Source: an uncultured Ferruginibacter sp. (lineage in GTDB: Bacteria > Bacteroidota > Bacteroidia > Chitinophagales > Chitinophagaceae). Taken from it: a stretch of DNA of 64,000 nt. The position numbers and the translations under genes were made by a program. The stretch is taken from NCBI GenBank assembly GCA_964439615.1, contig CAYTQB010000003.1:21453-85452 (forward strand), given 5' to 3'. How positions within the stretch are numbered: position 1 is the first letter of the stretch; the number at the start of each line of letters is the position of its first letter. The notes beneath the pieces are model-generated. The model was not told where the DNA came from. It ran no database searches and was given only the letters and a program-made list of their open reading frames with translations. Of the stretch, positions 1 to 9,580 are shown piece by piece.

Positions 1-902
1 CTGTACAGGTAAATCCAAATGCTGAAAGTTATATGCAGGATTATTTAAGACTGCATAGTAACAACCTGATAAAAATGAAGGGATGGGGTCAGCCTTATTT
101 TAATTTAATAGACAATATTCTTTCGCAATATGGCTTGCCCAGGGAGCTTAAATATCTTGCAGTGATTGAAAGTAATTTGAATTCAGGAGCTACAAGTTGG
201 GTAGGCGCCGGTGGACCATGGCAGTTTATGCCATATACAGCAAGAGATTATGGCCTTGTAGTGAACAGGGTTTTCGATGAACGCCGTGATTATTACAAGA
301 GTACTCATGCAGCGGCAAGGTATCTTTTAACCCTATACAGTCAAATGCACGACTGGTTACTGGTAATTGCTGCTTATAATGGCGGACCTGGAAGGGTTTA
401 TAGTGCCATCAAAAAAAGCGGCAGCAGAAATTTCTGGTCATTGCAGTATTATTTGCCTGAGGAAAGCAGGAATCATGTAAAGAAATTTATAGCCACACAT
501 TATATTATGGAAGGCTCGGGAGGCATTACCACCACGCCAAATCTAAGTGGGGGCAGTAATGGTATGAACGCCTACGATAACAAGCCTGCGCTTACAGAGC
601 AGGAACTTGAAACTGCTGTCACCCAAAGTATAACAGGGAAATACAATTCTTTAGTGATCACAAAAAATTTGTCAATGGACATTGTAACATTCAATCGGTA
701 CAACCCTGATTTTGATAACATGATGTCTATTAATGGTAATTATGATCTTAGGTTACCTGCCGATAAGATGCAGATTTTTTTAGCTAACAAGTATGTTATA
801 TTAAATGAGTGTGTACAACTGCTGCTGGGAGATAACCCTGTACCATCCAATCAAACTACCACCTATCCTAACCAAAAAGCGCCTAAGAAAAAAAAGAATT
901 GA
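1..902 (+). CDS. Lytic transglycosylase (SLT/MltD-like), 5'-truncated by the window edge
   Basis: LAVIES (catalytic Glu), WQFMPYTA and AAYNGG SLT motifs. The frame is open upstream of ATG 33 to the window edge. Confidence 0.85.
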   Translation, partial: VQVNPNAESYMQDYLRLHSNNLIKMKGWGQPYFNLIDNILSQYGLPRELKYLAVIESNLNSGATSWVGAGGPWQFMPYTARDYGLVVNRVFDERRDYYKSTHAAARYLLTLYSQMHDWLLVIAAYNGGPGRVYSAIKKSGSRNFWSLQYYLPEESRNHVKKFIATHYIMEGSGGITTTPNLSGGSNGMNAYDNKPALTEQELETAVTQSITGKYNSLVITKNLSMDIVTFNRYNPDFDNMMSINGNYDLRLPADKMQIFLANKYVILNECVQLLLGDNPVPSNQTTTYPNQKAPKKKKN

Positions 903-904
903 CA

Positions 905-2221
905 TTATTGCAGAACCTTTATCATGGCAGTTGCTTTTAGCATACATTCTTCATATTCCAGGGCAGCATCGCAATAATAAGTAATACCGCTGCCTGCTTG
1001 AAATGAAACGTACTTATTTGTTTCATTATAAAGAATACTCCGGATTACTACATTAAAATCAAAATCACCCGCCGGATTTACATAGCCTATTGCCCCGGAA
1101 AATAAACCACGCCTTGTTTGTTCGTATTGTTCAATCAATTCCATAACTCTTTTTTTAGGCGCTCCTGTCATTGATCCCATCGGGAATGTTGCCTTGATAC
1201 AATCTATCCAGTTAAACCCCTCTTCAATTTCACCACTTACCGTACTTATCATTTGATGAACCTGGGGAAAACTATAAAGCCCAAACAATTCATCCACTTT
1301 TACCGAACCTGCTTTACAGATCCTGCTGAGGTCATTTCTCACCAGGTCAACTACCATTACATTTTCACTTTTTTCCTTGGGGCTCTGTAAAAGATAATCT
1401 CTTGATCTTTCATCTTCCGTATCGTTCCCAAGGTTTCTTTTTGATGTTCCTTTTATAGGCTGAGAAAAGAGCCTGTCGCCGGTTTTCTTCAAATATCTTT
1501 CAGGGCTGGCGCACAAACAATACCGGTCATTTACTTTATAGAAGACAGAAAAAGGATTCGGAGAAAGGTTCGTTAACTGATCATAAACATACAAAGCATC
1601 AATTTCTGCCCTTTCTGCGAAGAATTCCTGGCAAAAATTGATCTCATAACAGTCGCCCCGCAGAATATGTTGCCGCAATTTCTCTATAATGTTTATATAG
1701 ACATCCTTCTCTATTTTATTACGTATTGCAGGCCTTTTCTTTATGGCTCCTGTAATAAATAAAGGTTGAGCTATAATGTCGGAGTAAATTTCTTCAGCAC
1801 CTGAATGGCAGAATATGATTATCTCTTTCGCATTGAGTTGAAGCACAATTTCAGGCTCAAAAAAATGAAGGTCGCTAAAACCTATATGGTCTTCATGTCC
1901 AGAACTTAATTTCTCCGTTTCATTCTTTAGATCGTATCCAAAATGGCCAAAAAGCCATGTTGATCTATTTACTTCATAAAATTTTTGCAATTCCTCATAA
2001 GCCTTGCCGGCATTAACTTCAATATTTCTTTTGCACCCGGTAGCCAGCAAACACTCAAAAGCCGGCTCTGAATAATTGTAATTCCGGTTATCCAGAAAAC
2101 AAAAAATGTTGAACCGGTTTGTCCAATTCAACATTTGTACTCTAAACTTATTAAAATCATCAACAGGGAAAGAAGTACCTGTTTTTTCTTGTTTAATTTT
2201 CCGGGTCAATGAATTTTGCAT
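905..2221 (-). CDS. pabB: Aminodeoxychorismate synthase component I / chorismate-binding enzyme
   Basis: GDCYEINFC, SPERYL, PIKGT, KSENVMVVDLVRNDL and GSMTGAPK chorismate-binding motifs. Confidence 0.85.
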   Translation of the reverse strand: MQNSLTRKIKQEKTGTSFPVDDFNKFRVQMLNWTNRFNIFCFLDNRNYNYSEPAFECLLATGCKRNIEVNAGKAYEELQKFYEVNRSTWLFGHFGYDLKNETEKLSSGHEDHIGFSDLHFFEPEIVLQLNAKEIIIFCHSGAEEIYSDIIAQPLFITGAIKKRPAIRNKIEKDVYINIIEKLRQHILRGDCYEINFCQEFFAERAEIDALYVYDQLTNLSPNPFSVFYKVNDRYCLCASPERYLKKTGDRLFSQPIKGTSKRNLGNDTEDERSRDYLLQSPKEKSENVMVVDLVRNDLSRICKAGSVKVDELFGLYSFPQVHQMISTVSGEIEEGFNWIDCIKATFPMGSMTGAPKKRVMELIEQYEQTRRGLFSGAIGYVNPAGDFDFNVVIRSILYNETNKYVSFQAGSGITYYCDAALEYEECMLKATAMIKVLQ

Positions 2222-2655
2222 TAATAGTCATCGTCGTCATCATCAAAATCTCCGCCACCATCCAGGTCATCAAAACCAAGATCTTTAAAATCATCATCTA
2301 CTTTAAAATCATCATCATCTCCTCCCTTGTTGCCTTTCTTTCCTTCTGATTTTTTTCCTTTTGATTTCGGTACGTCAAATTCATCGAAATCCGGGTCCCA
2401 TTCTTCCTCTTCGTCCGGTTTTTCCCAATCATCTGCAACTTCTACATCATCATCATCATCTTCATCGTCATCTGTTTTTTTCTTTGGAGAAGATTTTTTC
2501 TTTGATGGCTGTTTCATATCCACTTCATCGTCATCATCAAAATCATCATCATCGTCATCCTGTTTTGGTTTGGATGATTTTTTTGCAGATTTAGTTTCAG
2601 GTGGAGTACCTGCTTTAGCAGCTGTCTTTTTAGTTTTATCAGATTTTAAAACCAT
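2221..2655 (-). CDS. Hypothetical highly charged protein (alternating Lys-rich and Asp/Glu-rich blocks)
   Basis: 144-aa ORF whose stop overlaps the pabB start (TAATG). A TATTTTTG -7 element lies upstream (~2706-2713). Confidence 0.75.
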   Translation of the reverse strand: MVLKSDKTKKTAAKAGTPPETKSAKKSSKPKQDDDDDDFDDDDEVDMKQPSKKKSSPKKKTDDDEDDDDDVEVADDWEKPDEEEEWDPDFDEFDVPKSKGKKSEGKKGNKGGDDDDFKVDDDFKDLGFDDLDGGGDFDDDDDDY

Positions 2656-2736
2656 AGTTCAAAAAGGATTATTAGTGTAAAATTTCCTAGAGTTTTTTAA
2701 ATAGCCAAAAATATTGCGAACTTTTTTTTAATTTTT

Positions 2737-3999
2737 TTAAGCCATTACCAGTTGGTCCCTGCCGGGACCGTTACTGATGTACTTAACAGGCACTCCTAAA
2801 AATTTATTCAGGTAATCGATATAATTTTTCATCTCCTTTGGCAGGTTACTGTATTCCGTTATTGCAGTTATATCTTTCTTCCAGCCGGTAAAGGTCTTGT
2901 ATTGAGGCTTAACATCCACTCGGTTCATTTGAAAAGGCACAAAATTTTTTTCTTCACCATTAATGTTGTAGCCATTGCACACATTCAATTCGGGTAGTGC
3001 ATCTAAAATATCTGCCTTGGTCATGATAATTTGTGTAACGCCGTTTATCATGCAGGCAAACTGCAAAGCAACCAGGTCAATCCACCCACACCTGCGGGGG
3101 CGACCGGTGGTACTTCCAAATTCACTCCCTGTCTTTCGTATCAGTTCGCCTGTTTCGTCATTCAACTCAGTAGGGAAAGGTCCACTGCCAACCCGGGTAC
3201 AATACGCTTTAGAAACGCCAAACACTTCTTTGATCTTTTGTGGCGCTATCCCCAATCCGGTACAGACACCAGCCGATATGGTACTGCTGCTTGTAACAAA
3301 CGGGAAAGTACCAAAATCAACATCTAACATACTTCCTTGCGCACCTTCTGCCAACACCCTTTCCCCCTTTTGTATCTTTTCATTAATAAAGTACTCTCCA
3401 TTCACGATTTTGAAGCCCCTTAAAAATTCAAGCGCTTCAAAAAACTCTTCTTCCCATGCGCTAATATCTTCCTGGAAATTAAAACTGTCCAATAGCTTCT
3501 GGTGCTTCAGCCTCAGTTTTATATATTCCGTTGTAAAACTTTTGTTTAATAAATTACCAACCCGTAAACCATTACGGCCGGTTTTATCCATATACGCCGG
3601 GCCTATGCCTTTTAACGTACTTCCTATCTTTTCATTGCCTTTGGATAATTCACTGGCTTTATCAATGGCCCGGTGAGTAGGCAGGATAAGGTGGGCCCGT
3701 TCGCTGATGTATAGATTCTTTTTATAGTCGATCCCCATGGCTGCCACATTTTCACATTCCCTTTTTAAAGTAACTGCGTCAAGTACCACGCCATTACCGA
3801 TCAGGTTGGTTTTGTCTTCATGAAAAATGCCGCTGGGTATCTGGTGAAGAACAATTTTCTTTCCATCTACATACAAAGTATGCCCCGCATTCGGCCCACC
3901 CTGGAAACGGGCAATTACATTATAATTTTTAGCAAAAAAATCTACAATTTTCCCTTTGCCTTCATCACCCCACTGCAATCCAAGTATAACATCTACCAT
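2737..3999 (-). CDS. purA: Adenylosuccinate synthetase
   Basis: QWGDEGKGK, GGPNAGHT, EGAQG and TTGRPRRCGW motifs. Confidence 0.98.
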   Translation of the reverse strand: MVDVILGLQWGDEGKGKIVDFFAKNYNVIARFQGGPNAGHTLYVDGKKIVLHQIPSGIFHEDKTNLIGNGVVLDAVTLKRECENVAAMGIDYKKNLYISERAHLILPTHRAIDKASELSKGNEKIGSTLKGIGPAYMDKTGRNGLRVGNLLNKSFTTEYIKLRLKHQKLLDSFNFQEDISAWEEEFFEALEFLRGFKIVNGEYFINEKIQKGERVLAEGAQGSMLDVDFGTFPFVTSSSTISAGVCTGLGIAPQKIKEVFGVSKAYCTRVGSGPFPTELNDETGELIRKTGSEFGSTTGRPRRCGWIDLVALQFACMINGVTQIIMTKADILDALPELNVCNGYNINGEEKNFVPFQMNRVDVKPQYKTFTGWKKDITAITEYSNLPKEMKNYIDYLNKFLGVPVKYISNGPGRDQLVMA

Positions 4000-4092
4000 T
4001 TAGTATTGAATATTTAAGATTTGATTTGAATAATATTACCGCCGGCATTAATGCTACCAGGACCGGACATGGCAACCGTGTAAAAATAAATT

Positions 4093-4129
4093 GAAAAATA
4101 ACAACCACCTAAAATGATATAGGGTTGTT
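4093..4129 (-). terminator. Probable intrinsic terminator after clpX
   Basis: AACAACC...GGTTGTT stem followed by a T-rich run on the minus strand. Confidence 0.55.
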
Positions 4130-4174
4130 TGAAAATTGGGGAAAGCATATCAGAAGACCTGGTTCAATTCTGCG

Positions 4175-5416
4175 TTAAGCTACTTTGAGCATACTCAGCT
4201 TGCTGCTGCTGAATTTTCGGTGTGCATACTCCAGGGTAACGTCAAATACTTTTACTTTTTGAGAGGGTAATTCATACATGGCATCTGTAAGTATGCTTTC
4301 GCAGATACTACGTAGCCCACGGGCACCCAGTTTATATTCCATGGCCTTTTGAACCATAAAATCCAAAACCGCCGGGTCAAATTTTAGCTCGATACCCTCG
4401 ATCTCAAATAAGCGGGTGAACTGTTTTACAAGGGCATTTTTGGGCTCTGTCAAAATACTGCGGAGTGTTTCGGCATCCAATGGATTTAAATAAGTAACTA
4501 CCGGTAACCGGCCAAGCAGCTCCGGGATCAATCCAAAATGCTTCAGATCGACAGCATTTACAAAATGTAAGAGATTATCATGCTGGTATTCCTGTAATTC
4601 TTTATTTACGTTGAAACCAATAGCATTGGTGTTAACACGACGGGCAATGATTTTATCCACCCCGTCAAACGCTCCGCCACAAATAAAGAGAATATTCTGT
4701 GTGTTTACTTTTATCAGTTTTTGTTCGGGGTGCTTGCGGCCGCCCTGTGGGGGTACCAGCACTTCTGTACCTTCCAATAGTTTTAATAACCCTTGCTGTA
4801 CACCTTCGCCACTTACATCTCTCGTTATTGAAGGGTTATCGCTTTTACGGGCTATCTTATCTATTTCATCAATGAATACAATTCCCTTTTCTGCAGCAGC
4901 TACATCATAATTGCAGGCCTGTAATAAACGGCTTAACATGCTTTCCACGTCCTCACCCACATAACCGGCTTCTGTAAAAACAGTGGCATCCACAATGGCA
5001 AAGGGAACATTCAGCATACGGGCAATTGATTTTGCCAATAAGGTTTTACCGGTTCCGGTTTCACCAACCATGATGATGTTGCTTTTTTCAATTTCAACAT
5101 CATTTTCAATTTTCTGATTCAGCCTTTTGTAATGATTATAAACAGCTACTGATAATATTTTTTTAGCATCGTCCTGGCCTATTACATAATCGTCGAGGAA
5201 TTTTTTTATTTCAATCGGTTTCTTTACGCTTAGTTTATGTGTGGCAGAATTGGCATTCTTACTATCGTTTGCATTACCCAATTCCTGCTCAATGATCTCC
5301 TCGGCATGTTCAACGCAGTTTTCACAAATATGCCCATCCTGACCCGCAATGAGTATTTTAACTTCATCACGGTTACGTCCGCAAAATGAGCAATGTAGTG
5401 TTTGTTGTTTTGCCAT
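4175..5416 (-). CDS. clpX: ATP-dependent Clp protease ATP-binding subunit ClpX (start moved to ATG 5416)
   Basis: CSFCGR...ICENC zinc finger, GETGTGKT Walker A, DEIDK Walker B and IGF loop. The first 64 codons of the ORF-track call look non-coding. Confidence 0.97.
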   Translation of the reverse strand: MAKQQTLHCSFCGRNRDEVKILIAGQDGHICENCVEHAEEIIEQELGNANDSKNANSATHKLSVKKPIEIKKFLDDYVIGQDDAKKILSVAVYNHYKRLNQKIENDVEIEKSNIIMVGETGTGKTLLAKSIARMLNVPFAIVDATVFTEAGYVGEDVESMLSRLLQACNYDVAAAEKGIVFIDEIDKIARKSDNPSITRDVSGEGVQQGLLKLLEGTEVLVPPQGGRKHPEQKLIKVNTQNILFICGGAFDGVDKIIARRVNTNAIGFNVNKELQEYQHDNLLHFVNAVDLKHFGLIPELLGRLPVVTYLNPLDAETLRSILTEPKNALVKQFTRLFEIEGIELKFDPAVLDFMVQKAMEYKLGARGLRSICESILTDAMYELPSQKVKVFDVTLEYAHRKFSSSKLSMLKVA

Positions 5417-5585
5417 ATCAATTTTCAGTTTAACTGAGTCGAACTCTTCGAGCCGGGGTAAAGTTACAAAAAAGCAATTTACATAGCATAGACAATATCC
5501 AAGACTATAACGTTGCTTTTGGCCGGTTATGATACAAAAACAGTCTCTTTTAGAGACTGTTAAGCATATTTTAGGGTTTAATATC

Positions 5586-6209
5586 CTAAATTTTTGTGAG
5601 CACGGCATCCACTATTCCATAGTCAACCGATTCCTTTGCATCCATCCAGTAATCCCGGTCAAAATCCTTCATAACCTTTTCAGTTGTCTGCCCGCAGTTC
5701 CTGGCTAGTATTTCGGCTCCCATTAGTTTTGTTTTCCTGATCTGTTCGGCCATTATTTCCAGGTCAGCACTAGTACCCTGGCCACCGCCACTTGGCTGGT
5801 GTATCATTACTTCTCCATTTGGGTAAATAAATCTCTTCCCCTTTTTCCCTCCACTTAATAAAATACTGGCCATACTGGCAGCCATACCCATACATACAGT
5901 GCTAATCGGAGAACTGATCATCTGCATAGTATCATAAATTACCATGCCGCTGGTTACAATACCTCCTGGGCTGTTTATATAAAAAGTAATTTCCTTACCG
6001 GGATCAATAGCCTCCAGGTACATTAGCCGGTTAGTTATGTCTTTTGCGCTTTTATCATCCACCACACCCCATAAAAACACTTTTCGTTGTTCAATAAATT
6101 TTTTATCAAACTGCCAGCCACTCATCATCTTTTCCATGGGATTTTCCGGGCTTCCTTCTGGTTTTTCTTCTTCTTCAAAACGGGTAGTATTGTTTTTATA
6201 CAGATTCAT
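5586..6209 (-). CDS. clpP: ClpP protease subunit, paralog 2
   Basis: INSPGG, AASMA (Ser), IHQP (His) and DRDYW (Asp) triad intact. Confidence 0.95.
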   Translation of the reverse strand: MNLYKNNTTRFEEEEKPEGSPENPMEKMMSGWQFDKKFIEQRKVFLWGVVDDKSAKDITNRLMYLEAIDPGKEITFYINSPGGIVTSGMVIYDTMQMISSPISTVCMGMAASMASILLSGGKKGKRFIYPNGEVMIHQPSGGGQGTSADLEIMAEQIRKTKLMGAEILARNCGQTTEKVMKDFDRDYWMDAKESVDYGIVDAVLTKI

Positions 6210-6224
6210 AGTTAATACTTGTTT

Positions 6225-6923
6225 TTATTTCTGATCTTTCTTTATTTTTTTCTGGTTCATTAATAATACTTCATCAATTAAACCATATTCTTTGGCTTCA
6301 AGAGAAGTCATCCAGTGGTCCCGGTCACAATCAACGGCTACCTTATCAACAGGTTGGTCAGTATGAAATGCGATAACCTCATACAATTCCTTTTTCACTT
6401 TCTTCACTTCGTTAACCGTAATCTCAATATCTGTCGCCTGTCCTCCTGCCCCAGCACTGGGTTGGTGCATCATAATGCGGCTATGCTTTAATGCGGTACG
6501 TTTTCCTTTAGCTCCTGCACACATCAAGACAGCACCCATACTTGCTGCCATGCCTGTACAAATAGTAGCAATATCCGGTGTAATGAACTGCATGGTATCA
6601 TACATACCAAGGCCTGCATAAACACCACCGCCAGGGCAATTTATATACATTTGTATATCCCTGCTGCGATCTGTACTTTCTAAAAATAATAATTGGGCAG
6701 TTACAATGTTAGCCACCTCATCGCTTATTGGGTAACCCAGGAAAATGATTCTGTCCATCATCAACCGGCTATAAACATCCATTACAGCGATGTTCATTGG
6801 GCGCTCTTCAATGATGTTGGGTGTAAGATTGGTGACATTATGTTTTAGATACGCATCCAGCATATTACTGCTGATGCCTTTATGCTTTACTGCGTATTTT
6901 TCAAATTCTTTTCCAAAGTTCAT
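6225..6923 (-). CDS. clpP: ClpP protease subunit, paralog 1 (likely start ATG 6923)
   Basis: YSRLMMDRIIFLG, AASMG, MHQP and DRDHW motifs. Confidence 0.95.
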   Translation of the reverse strand: MNFGKEFEKYAVKHKGISSNMLDAYLKHNVTNLTPNIIEERPMNIAVMDVYSRLMMDRIIFLGYPISDEVANIVTAQLLFLESTDRSRDIQMYINCPGGGVYAGLGMYDTMQFITPDIATICTGMAASMGAVLMCAGAKGKRTALKHSRIMMHQPSAGAGGQATDIEITVNEVKKVKKELYEVIAFHTDQPVDKVAVDCDRDHWMTSLEAKEYGLIDEVLLMNQKKIKKDQK

Positions 6924-6986
6924 ACGAGGAAGATGTTTTTTAGTAGACAAATATAGTTGATTGTGATACCTGAAAAATCAAATTGT

Positions 6987-7682
6987 TTAATCCCTGCTCC
7001 TGGATTGATAAATTAAAATGTATTGCACAAGCATCGCAATAGAAGCCAATGCAGCCACCACATAAGTAAGCGCTGCCCATTTGAGCGCATCTTTTGCCTG
7101 TGCATGTTCGGTATTGGTTGTAATTAGAGCCGAATCAAGCCATTTCAAAGCTCTGGCTGAGGCATCAAACTCCACGGGCAATGTAATTACAGAGAACAGG
7201 GTTGTAACAGCGAATAAAATAATTCCGATCAATAAAATTGTTGGATTGCCGCCACCGAAACCTAAAAAGCCAAGCCCGGCTATGATGACCCATTGCGACA
7301 AAGTGCTGCTGATCTTAACAGCCGGAACTAAACGGCTGCGTAACATCAACATTGAATAAGCGGTGGCATGCTGAACAGCATGGCCACATTCATGGGCTGC
7401 CACGGCGGCAGCAGAAACAGTTCTCCCCTCAAAAACATCAGCACTGAGATTAACGATTTTATTTAAAGGATTGTAATGATCAGATAAAAAACCATCTGAC
7501 GAAATTACCTGTACGTCATAGATGCCATTATCTTTCAGCATCTTTTCTGCAACTTCTTTCCCACTCATTCCACTACTTGTGGCTACCTGGCTGTATTCAG
7601 CGAATTTACTTTTCAGGCGATACTGTACCAGCATGCCAACCACCATAAATATCAGCGAAACAGCTATTATACCAAATGTCAT
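6987..7682 (-). CDS. Membrane-bound neutral zinc metallopeptidase (YugP-like)
   Basis: LSDHYNP, AAVAAHECGHAVQH (HExxH), LPVEFDAS and ALTYV motifs; hydrophobic segments. Confidence 0.9.
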   Translation of the reverse strand: MTFGIIAVSLIFMVVGMLVQYRLKSKFAEYSQVATSSGMSGKEVAEKMLKDNGIYDVQVISSDGFLSDHYNPLNKIVNLSADVFEGRTVSAAAVAAHECGHAVQHATAYSMLMLRSRLVPAVKISSTLSQWVIIAGLGFLGFGGGNPTILLIGIILFAVTTLFSVITLPVEFDASARALKWLDSALITTNTEHAQAKDALKWAALTYVVAALASIAMLVQYILIYQSRSRD

Positions 7683-7756
7683 ATTGTGAATTTTCCGGAA
7701 GAAAATACAAATGACAAGCCAAATGGTTTTTATGCCATTTCGGCAAAAAAAGGAAA

Positions 7757-7784
7757 TAAAAAAGGAGAGAATTGCTTCTCTCCT
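7757..7784 (-). terminator. Intrinsic terminator after atpA
   Basis: AGGAGAGAA-gcaa-TTCTCTCCT followed by T6 on the minus strand. Confidence 0.85.
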
Positions 7785-7808
7785 CTCATATAAAACAAAT
7801 TTTAAAGC

Positions 7809-9389
7809 TTATGCTTTGTATTGTGCAACCAGTCCGGCGGCCAATTCTGTCATTTTCTTCAGTCCGTCTTCTGGCAGAGCGCCTTTCTTAAATTCTGCCA
7901 GCAGGTCGGGATGCTTATTTTCCATTTCCATCAAAAAGTGATCTTCAAATGCTTTCACATTTTTAACGGCAACGTCTCTCAACAAACCCTGTGTTCCTAA
8001 ATAAATAATAGCAACTTGTTTCTCAACTGTAAATGGAGAATATTGAGGTTGTTTTAGTATTTCCACGTTTCTTGCCCCTTTGTCAATTACGTTCTTTGTA
8101 GCAGCATCAAGGTCACCACCAAATTTAGAGAAGGCTTCAAGTTCACGATAAAGCGCCTGGTCAAGTTTTAATGTACCGGCAACTTTTTTCATTGATTTGA
8201 TCTGGGCATTACCACCCACTCTGCTTACCGAGATACCTACGTTGATAGCTGGCCGGATACCAGCGTTGAACAGGTTACCTTCCAAAAATATCTGTCCATC
8301 GGTAATAGAGATTACGTTTGTAGGGATATAGGCAGATACGTCACCCGCCTGTGTTTCGATAATTGGTAGCGCTGTTAATGAACCTCCTCCTTTTACCAGG
8401 TGTTTGATCGTATCAGGAAGATCATTCATTTGCTTTGCGATCTCGTCTTTAGATACCACTTTCGCAGCCCTTTCCAGTAAACGACTATGCAGGTAGAATA
8501 CGTCACCGGGATAAGCCTCACGGCCCGGTGGCCTTCTTAACAACAGGGATACTTCACGATATGCCACCGCTTGTTTAGAAAGATCATCATAGATGATCAG
8601 TGCCGGGCGACCAGTATCACGGAAGTATTCCCCGATTGCAGCTCCTGCAAATGGGGCATAGAACTGTAACGGAGCAGGATCAGAAGCAGATGCTGCCACA
8701 ATAGTGGTATAAGGCATTGCTCCATTCTCTTCCAGGGTCTTCATGATACCTGCAATGGTAGAAGCTTTCTGTCCGATTGCCACATAAATACAGTAAACCG
8801 GCTTACCGGCTGCATAGAATTCTTTTTGGTTGATTATAGTATCAACAGCAATTGCAGTTTTACCGGTTTGCCGGTCACCGATGATCAATTCCCTTTGGCC
8901 ACGCCCGATTGGAATCATGGCGTCAATAGCTTTAATACCAGTTTGGAGTGGTTCTTTTACCGGCTCACGGAAAATTACCCCTGGCGCTTTACGCTCCAGC
9001 GGCATTTCATATAACTCACCTTTTATAGGGCCTTTTCCATCAATTGGTTCACCCAACGTATTTATTACACGACCGCTCATTCCTTCTCCTACTTTTATAG
9101 AAGCGATCTGGCCGGTACGCTTTACCTTATCTCCTTCTTTGATCTCGCTGCTGTCACCCATTAATACCACACCCACATTGTCTTCCTCAAGGTTTAGCGC
9201 AATTGCCCTAACACCATTATCAAATTCCACCAGTTCACCTGAACGAACGTTTTTCAACCCATAAACACGGGCAATACCGTCACCTACCTGTAATACTGTT
9301 CCTACTTCTTCCAGGCTGGCGCTGGCATTAAAATTACTAAGCTGTTGGCGGAGAATCGCTGAGATCTCATCTGGCTTAATTTCTACCAT
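7809..9389 (-). CDS. atpA: F0F1 ATP synthase subunit alpha (monocistronic)
   Basis: [32 protein letters not shown] and [14 protein letters not shown] motifs. Confidence 0.99.
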   Translation of the reverse strand: MVEIKPDEISAILRQQLSNFNASASLEEVGTVLQVGDGIARVYGLKNVRSGELVEFDNGVRAIALNLEEDNVGVVLMGDSSEIKEGDKVKRTGQIASIKVGEGMSGRVINTLGEPIDGKGPIKGELYEMPLERKAPGVIFREPVKEPLQTGIKAIDAMIPIGRGQRELIIGDRQTGKTAIAVDTIINQKEFYAAGKPVYCIYVAIGQKASTIAGIMKTLEENGAMPYTTIVAASASDPAPLQFYAPFAGAAIGEYFRDTGRPALIIYDDLSKQAVAYREVSLLLRRPPGREAYPGDVFYLHSRLLERAAKVVSKDEIAKQMNDLPDTIKHLVKGGGSLTALPIIETQAGDVSAYIPTNVISITDGQIFLEGNLFNAGIRPAINVGISVSRVGGNAQIKSMKKVAGTLKLDQALYRELEAFSKFGGDLDAATKNVIDKGARNVEILKQPQYSPFTVEKQVAIIYLGTQGLLRDVAVKNVKAFEDHFLMEMENKHPDLLAEFKKGALPEDGLKKMTELAAGLVAQYKA

Positions 9390-9435
9390 AATTATTTAAT
9401 TGAATTGTTTTTAAAAGGCCTTTTTTAATCGGCTG

Positions 9436-9443
9436 CAAAGGTA
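9436..9443 (-). promoter_or_regulatory. Bacteroidota primary-sigma -7 element for atpA
   Basis: TACCTTTG on the minus strand matches TAnnTTTG. Confidence 0.75.
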
Positions 9444-9533
9444 GGGGAACAGGGTCGGAATGGCAAAAAAAGGGAGTTTAAAATTCAAAAAAAGCGGCAT
9501 CCCCTCACAAACCTGTTTTACAGGCTGGCAATA

Positions 9534-9563
9534 AAAAATGGCAGTCTTTGAACTGCCATTTTT
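9534..9563. terminator. Bidirectional intrinsic terminator after the T9SS cargo gene
   Basis: AAAAATGGCAGT-ctttga-ACTGCCATTTTT. Confidence 0.85.
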
Positions 9564-9580
9564 GACGAGGTTAACTCCAT

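Noticed and set aside
4014-4070. 18-codon minus-strand ORF (MSGPGSINAGGNIIQIKS) and GCATTAATGC palindrome upstream of purA
   Set aside because: Too short, with no regulatory codon bias or attenuator structure; no supporting evidence.
5417-5608. N-terminal extensions in the ORF track for clpX (likewise purD, atpB, gmk, gldC, sigma, transketolase, 27745 ORF)
   Set aside because: The extensions are non-homologous-looking, cross promoter boxes or neighbouring genes, and better ATGs lie downstream.
7711-7745. AAACCA-N16-TATTT before the zinc peptidase as a fourth ECF promoter
   Set aside because: The -10 box lacks the TCT core and the -35 is weaker; not distinguishable from AT-rich background.
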